DNA of 64,000 bases from Patescibacteria group bacterium (GTDB taxonomy: Bacteria > Patescibacteriota > JACPGU01). Shown piece by piece: positions 60,147 to 64,000 of this stretch (positions are counted from its first letter, which is position 1; every line of letters begins with the position of its first letter). A program made the position numbers and the translations under genes. The stretch is from contig JAKLDG010000001.1 in the NCBI GenBank assembly GCA_022703645.1, positions 163,274 to 227,273 of the forward strand, read 5' to 3'. The notes beneath the pieces were generated by a model that saw only the letters and a list, made by a program, of their open reading frames with translations, had not been told where the DNA came from and searched no databases.

Positions 60147-61001
60147 TTAAATTTCAACGATAACGACGCGGTCTTTTTTTGCGAGGTCTTTTTTTATATC
60201 AACCACAGCATTTGGGAAAAACTTTTTTGCGATCTTGATGATTTTATTTTTTTGGCTCGGATTGATCTCGAGAAACAAAGAGAGACTATCCCATTTTCTT
60301 TCTTTTATCTGGCTAAATAGTTTCTCGTAGATTTCCAAGCCTTCTTTGCCGCCGTAGAGCGCCAGACGAGGCTCTTTGGTAATGCTTGGCTCTTGCAACT
60401 CATCATGCGTGAGATAAGGCAAATTAGCGACGATGATATCAGGTTTAGATTTGATGTTTTGTAATAGATCTGATTTTTTGAATCGGATATTGGATATTGG
60501 GTATTGGGTATTTCGAAGGTTGTATCTAGCAACCTTCAGCGCTTTCTCTGAAATGTCTACCGCTGTTATTTTCGTTTTTGGCAAGTATTTTGCGAGAGTT
60601 AAAGCTATACAACCCGAACCGGTACCGATTTCAAGGATTCTGGTAGGGGCAGAAAATTTTCTGCCCCTACAATAGTTGATAACGTTTTCAACGATCAACT
60701 CGGTTTCAGGACGGGGAACGAGAACATCCTCATTTACATAAAAATCAATCCCATAGAACTCTTTTTTACCTACAATGTACGCGATAGGGTAGTTTTTTTT
60801 GCGTTTGGAAATCAATTTTTTGTATTTATTGAATTGGGCATTGGTCATTGGGTATTGGGTATTTGAAATTAGTTTTTCTAAATTACACCCCAATAAAAAA
60901 CTAATAAGTATTTCCGCATCTAACCTGGCAGAAGGGATACTTGACATTCTTAATTCATTTGTTCCATACTTTAGCGCTTTATCTACGGAAATAATTGACA
61001 T
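60147..61001 (-). CDS. prmC: release factor glutamine N5-methyltransferase PrmC/HemK with in-frame repeat insertions
   Basis: motif I ILEIGTGSGCIALTLA, VLVPRPETE, catalytic IVANLPYL (NPPY-like); peptide repeats QYPMTNAQF / QYPISNIRF come from AT-rich repeat copies; CRGRKFSAPT comes from the 28-nt REP-like element. Confidence 0.8.
   Translation of the reverse strand: MSIISVDKALKYGTNELRMSSIPSARLDAEILISFLLGCNLEKLISNTQYPMTNAQFNKYKKLISKRKKNYPIAYIVGKKEFYGIDFYVNEDVLVPRPETELIVENVINYCRGRKFSAPTRILEIGTGSGCIALTLAKYLPKTKITAVDISEKALKVARYNLRNTQYPISNIRFKKSDLLQNIKSKPDIIVANLPYLTHDELQEPSITKEPRLALYGGKEGLEIYEKLFSQIKERKWDSLSLFLEINPSQKNKIIKIAKKFFPNAVVDIKKDLAKKDRVVIVEI
60643..60670. repeat. 28-nt perfect palindrome GTAGGGGCAGAAAATTTTCTGCCCCTAC (REP-like) inserted in frame in prmC
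   Basis: 14+14 self-complementary; near-identical to 54917..54944. Confidence 0.65.
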
Positions 61002-61135
61002 ATATTTTGATTGATAGTATAATTAATAGCTGTATTACGTAAATAGTTAAATATTACGAAAATATTATAGAATATTTCAGAATATAAAGTTATTCATATT
61101 TTACAATATTTTATTAATATTTCTAAATATATTTT

Positions 61136-61660
61136 ATGAAAAGCTATCGTTGTACAATTTGTGGTGAAATCAGTTTATCTGAATCAGTTCCGGCAAACTG
61201 TCCTTTTTGCGGTGTGGCAGAAAGATACATTTTCATCAGTGATAAAGTAGATGGTGACGGTATATTCAAAAATAGGTCATTATCTGAAGAGTCACGAATG
61301 AATCTGATTCAAGCCCTTAATATGGAAACTCATAACGCTTCATTCTATAAATGCGCTTCAGAAAAAAGTGAGAGCGAAGAAGTCAGGGCGTTATTCAAAA
61401 GATTGGCAAAAAACGAGAGAGAGCACGCCGATATAATCCGCAAGCACCTGGAGCTTGATAGTATCGATTTTCTCGAAGAGGAATGCAGTATCGATGATAT
61501 CGAAAATATCGAACAAGCAATAATTGCAACAAAAGAGACGATGAGTTTTTATAAAGGAGCCTCTATTGATTCAAAAGAGTCAAAAATAAGTATTCTTTTT
61601 AACGCACTAGCAGAGGTTGAAGAAGGATATCTAAAAGTTCTGGTGCAGGCAAAAAAGTAA
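61136..61660 (+). CDS. rubredoxin-like zinc-ribbon plus ferritin-like (rubrerythrin-related) domain protein
   Basis: N-terminal CTICG...CPFCG; helical domain with E..H motifs (NEREHADIIRKHL). Confidence 0.4.
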   Translation: MKSYRCTICGEISLSESVPANCPFCGVAERYIFISDKVDGDGIFKNRSLSEESRMNLIQALNMETHNASFYKCASEKSESEEVRALFKRLAKNEREHADIIRKHLELDSIDFLEEECSIDDIENIEQAIIATKETMSFYKGASIDSKESKISILFNALAEVEEGYLKVLVQAKK

Positions 61661-61661
61661 A

Positions 61662-61690
61662 ATGGCCCTCCGATTTGGAGGGTCATTTTG
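61662..61690. terminator. bidirectional terminator (atggccctcc-gattt-ggagggtcat)
   Basis: 9-bp stem (one G-U pair) plus TTTT between convergent genes. Confidence 0.7.
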
Positions 61691-61706
61691 GTATTGATGT
61701 AAAGTC

Positions 61707-62159
61707 TCAAGCGCATTCAAAACTCGGTGTTTCTGCCTTGATTACGACTTTCTTGTGGTCGCTTTCTTCTAGCGTCAGAAAACCTTTTTTGTAAAGTTGG
61801 AAGAGGGCATCTTTTACCAACTCTTTATCGGTGAATTCAAGCGACATTTTTTTGAGCGACACAATAATATCATCAACTTCATATCCTTGAATCGTAGTAA
61901 ACGGCTCGATATTGTCGGTGTAGAATCCGATGATTTCCAGAATTTCTGATTCAATGTAAAACGCGAGTACCTCAATCTCTTGCGCAACTTCCTCAATAGT
62001 TGCCCTAAAGAAGTGTTCTTCTAATATCTTAACTATCACCTGAAGCGCTTGTGGTCTCTGGTCGCATGGCGGAATGCGAATAGCGCCTTTCTTAATTAAA
62101 TCAATCATCTTATACTCCAGCAGTTGCAGACGTTCTTCTTTTGTTAATCTTTTGTACAA
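61707..62159 (-). CDS. hypothetical protein
   Basis: ORF only. Confidence 0.3.
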   Translation of the reverse strand: MYKRLTKEERLQLLEYKMIDLIKKGAIRIPPCDQRPQALQVIVKILEEHFFRATIEEVAQEIEVLAFYIESEILEIIGFYTDNIEPFTTIQGYEVDDIIVSLKKMSLEFTDKELVKDALFQLYKKGFLTLEESDHKKVVIKAETPSFECA

Positions 62160-62321
62160 AGCGCCATCACCTCCTTATGAAAATTATATCAAGAAAAAAG
62201 CGCTTTGTAAAGCCAGTAATTATTTTGATAATTTAACAATATAACAATTTGACAATGTGTGTTAAAATATTTAGAGAGCTTTAAACTTTTTATAAATAAA
62301 ATAATTAGGAAAGGATTTTTT

Positions 62322-63026
62322 ATGCCAAAATTAGTATTTGATATTGAAACGGTTGGGCAGGATTGGGAAAGTATTGATGAGCTAACTCGTGAAAATCTTA
62401 CAAGATGGCTCAAAAAAGAGAACTTGAGTGATGATGATCTGAATTTCAAAGTTGACAATATAAAAGAAGAAACGGGGTTATCGCCATTAACCGGAGAGAT
62501 AGTTTCTATCGCGATCTATGATGTAGAACGCGAAGCTGGCGCAGTTTATTTTCAATCTCCGGAAGGGGATTTGATAACACAAGAGGATGGAAATATTAAA
62601 TATCAATCGATGACCGAAAAGGAAATGCTCGAAACTTTCTGGAATATCGCTCAGAAATACAGTGAATTTATCACATTTAACGGTAGAGGGTTTGACGCTC
62701 CATTTATGATGATTCGCTCCGCAATCAATGAAGTAGTGCCGTCAGTAGATCTGATGGAGGGAAGATATATCTATCAGCAAAGAGGAGTAAAACATATTGA
62801 TCTTTATGATCAGCTAACTTTTTATGGTGCCAGCTCAAAGAAAGGTTCACTGCACCTTTTCTGCCGCGCTTTTGGCATTCCAAGTCCAAAAACCGGAGGC
62901 GGTGGAGATGAAGTTAACCACTTATTTAAAGCAAAGAAATATATGGATATTGCGAGGTACAATATGGGAGATGTTATCGCAACGACAGAATTGTATAAAA
63001 GATGGGATAAGTACCTGAAATTTTAA
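62322..63026 (+). CDS. predicted RNase-H-fold 3'-5' exonuclease (PolB-exonuclease-like)
   Basis: LVFDIETVG (Asp/Glu of DEDD motif I) and FNGRGFDAPFM; ATG at 62322 after RBS AGGAAAGGA. Confidence 0.45.
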   Translation: MPKLVFDIETVGQDWESIDELTRENLTRWLKKENLSDDDLNFKVDNIKEETGLSPLTGEIVSIAIYDVEREAGAVYFQSPEGDLITQEDGNIKYQSMTEKEMLETFWNIAQKYSEFITFNGRGFDAPFMMIRSAINEVVPSVDLMEGRYIYQQRGVKHIDLYDQLTFYGASSKKGSLHLFCRAFGIPSPKTGGGGDEVNHLFKAKKYMDIARYNMGDVIATTELYKRWDKYLKF

Positions 63027-63280
63027 ATTTTTATTTTTTATGGTTTAGTTAGAATACGATGACATTTTTATTTGTGCGGCAGCCGCATCATTATTCGTTT
63101 AAGACAAACTACCTAATTCATAACGAGTTAGAAATTTTTTTATTTAAAGGCGCTAAGACCGGTGAAATCATTTTATCAAAAATAAGCCTTTAAAGTAATT
63201 TAGCATTGAAAAAATGCGGGAAATTTAATAGAATAGAATAATTCTAAAGTTCTTTAAAAAATGAAGGGGGGTATTTGTAG

Positions 63281-64000
63281 ATGAAGAGAAACGCAGTAAA
63301 AATGGTTCTGATTTTTGCAACCATTGTTTTTTTACCCAATAATATTTTCACCCAATCGGGAACAGCTGCTGGCACAGTAAAGCCGCTTTCAGCGCAAGCG
63401 AGAGATTTCATCCAAAAAGATTCAAAAATAGAAGCAGATATTTGGAAGCCATGTGTTGCATTAACCTTTGACGATGGGCCTCATAAGTATCTTACCCCAA
63501 GGCTGCTGGATATTCTGAAAAATAATGATGTGAAGGCGACTTTTTTTGTTGTGGGGAATAGGATGAAGGTTTATCCTGATATTGTGAAAAGGATTTACAA
63601 TGAAGGACACGAAGTCGGGGATCATACATGGGGTCATGCGTGGCTTACCCAAATAGGTATAGGAAAAGCTACCTGGCAAATCAAAAGTGCAAAGGATACT
63701 ATTTTTCAAACTACAGGTGTGAAACCAAAGTTATTCCGGCCTCCTTATGGCGCTACCAATAAATACATTGCAGATATCGTAGCGAAAATGGGAATGAGGC
63801 AAATTATCTGGAATGTTGATCCGTGCGATTGGCGTGATTACACACCTGAACGCACAGCAAATTACATCTTGAAAAACACTCATGATGGTGACATTATTTT
63901 AATGCATGATATTCATGCCAATACCATTAAAGCTGTTCCTGGTATTATATCTATGTTCAGAAAGAAAGGCTACGTGTTTGTGGCGGTGTCATCAATTCTG
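63281..64000 (+). CDS. polysaccharide deacetylase (NodB-homology/CE4), 3'-truncated by the window end
   Basis: signal peptide; TFDDGP motif 1, HEVGDHTWGH motif 2, RPPYG motif 3; absent from the ORF track because no stop lies within the window. Confidence 0.7.
   Translation, partial: MKRNAVKMVLIFATIVFLPNNIFTQSGTAAGTVKPLSAQARDFIQKDSKIEADIWKPCVALTFDDGPHKYLTPRLLDILKNNDVKATFFVVGNRMKVYPDIVKRIYNEGHEVGDHTWGHAWLTQIGIGKATWQIKSAKDTIFQTTGVKPKLFRPPYGATNKYIADIVAKMGMRQIIWNVDPCDWRDYTPERTANYILKNTHDGDIILMHDIHANTIKAVPGIISMFRKKGYVFVAVSSIL

Noticed and set aside
63461-63709. 82-aa minus-strand ORF near the window end
   Set aside because: It is antisense to a clear plus-strand polysaccharide deacetylase (TFDDGP, HEVGDHTWGH) that runs off the window.

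Overview
This is an AT-rich, gene-dense bacterial window of roughly 36% GC (estimated by eye), with short intergenic spacers and many small or truncated housekeeping genes. The gene content (short alaS, GxxExxY and four-helix-bundle proteins, split gatCA/gatB, many secreted repeat proteins, little biosynthesis) suggests a small-genome, possibly Patescibacteria/CPR-like organism, but that is an inference.

Housekeeping genes I can support from motifs: uppP, rpsA, ylxR, iscS, iscU, mnmA, alaS, ftsA-like, ruvX, mltG, greA, ligA, cdsA, gatC, gatA, gatB, murI, dus, htrA and prmC. There is also a macAB-like efflux triad and three tRNAs: Val-TAC, Phe-GAA and Leu-TAA.

The accessory content includes:
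- a giant, probably S-layer-like surface protein (20899..24348) with a paralogous N-terminal domain at 13592;
- secreted Ig-like, NHL and PD40 proteins;
- an IS200/RAYT-like HUH Y1 transposase (24474..25049);
- GxxExxY and four-helix-bundle selfish-type ORFs, plus one pseudogene copy;
- a tandem-domain class III nucleotidyl cyclase;
- a duplicated CxxC-x17-CxxC protein;
- an H-domain-only [FeFe]-hydrogenase-like protein;
- a DUF4145/HEPN-like protein.

The most unusual signal is two dispersed palindromic repeat families. One is GC-rich and GTAG-headed, like REP elements, and sits in a window that also carries a RAYT gene. The other is an AT-rich caatt/aattg hairpin that fills most intergenic spacers. 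Both families are also found inserted in frame inside essential genes (mnmA, gatA, prmC, dus, and the RAYT gene itself), reminiscent of Rickettsia palindromic elements.

Other points of note are a 29-bp att-like duplication of the tRNA-Leu 3' end, GC-shifted islands (25.8-28.1 kb, 39.0-39.9 kb, 51.2-53.4 kb), and a recurring AATATTTTGAAATATTT upstream motif. I saw no rRNA and no CRISPR array.
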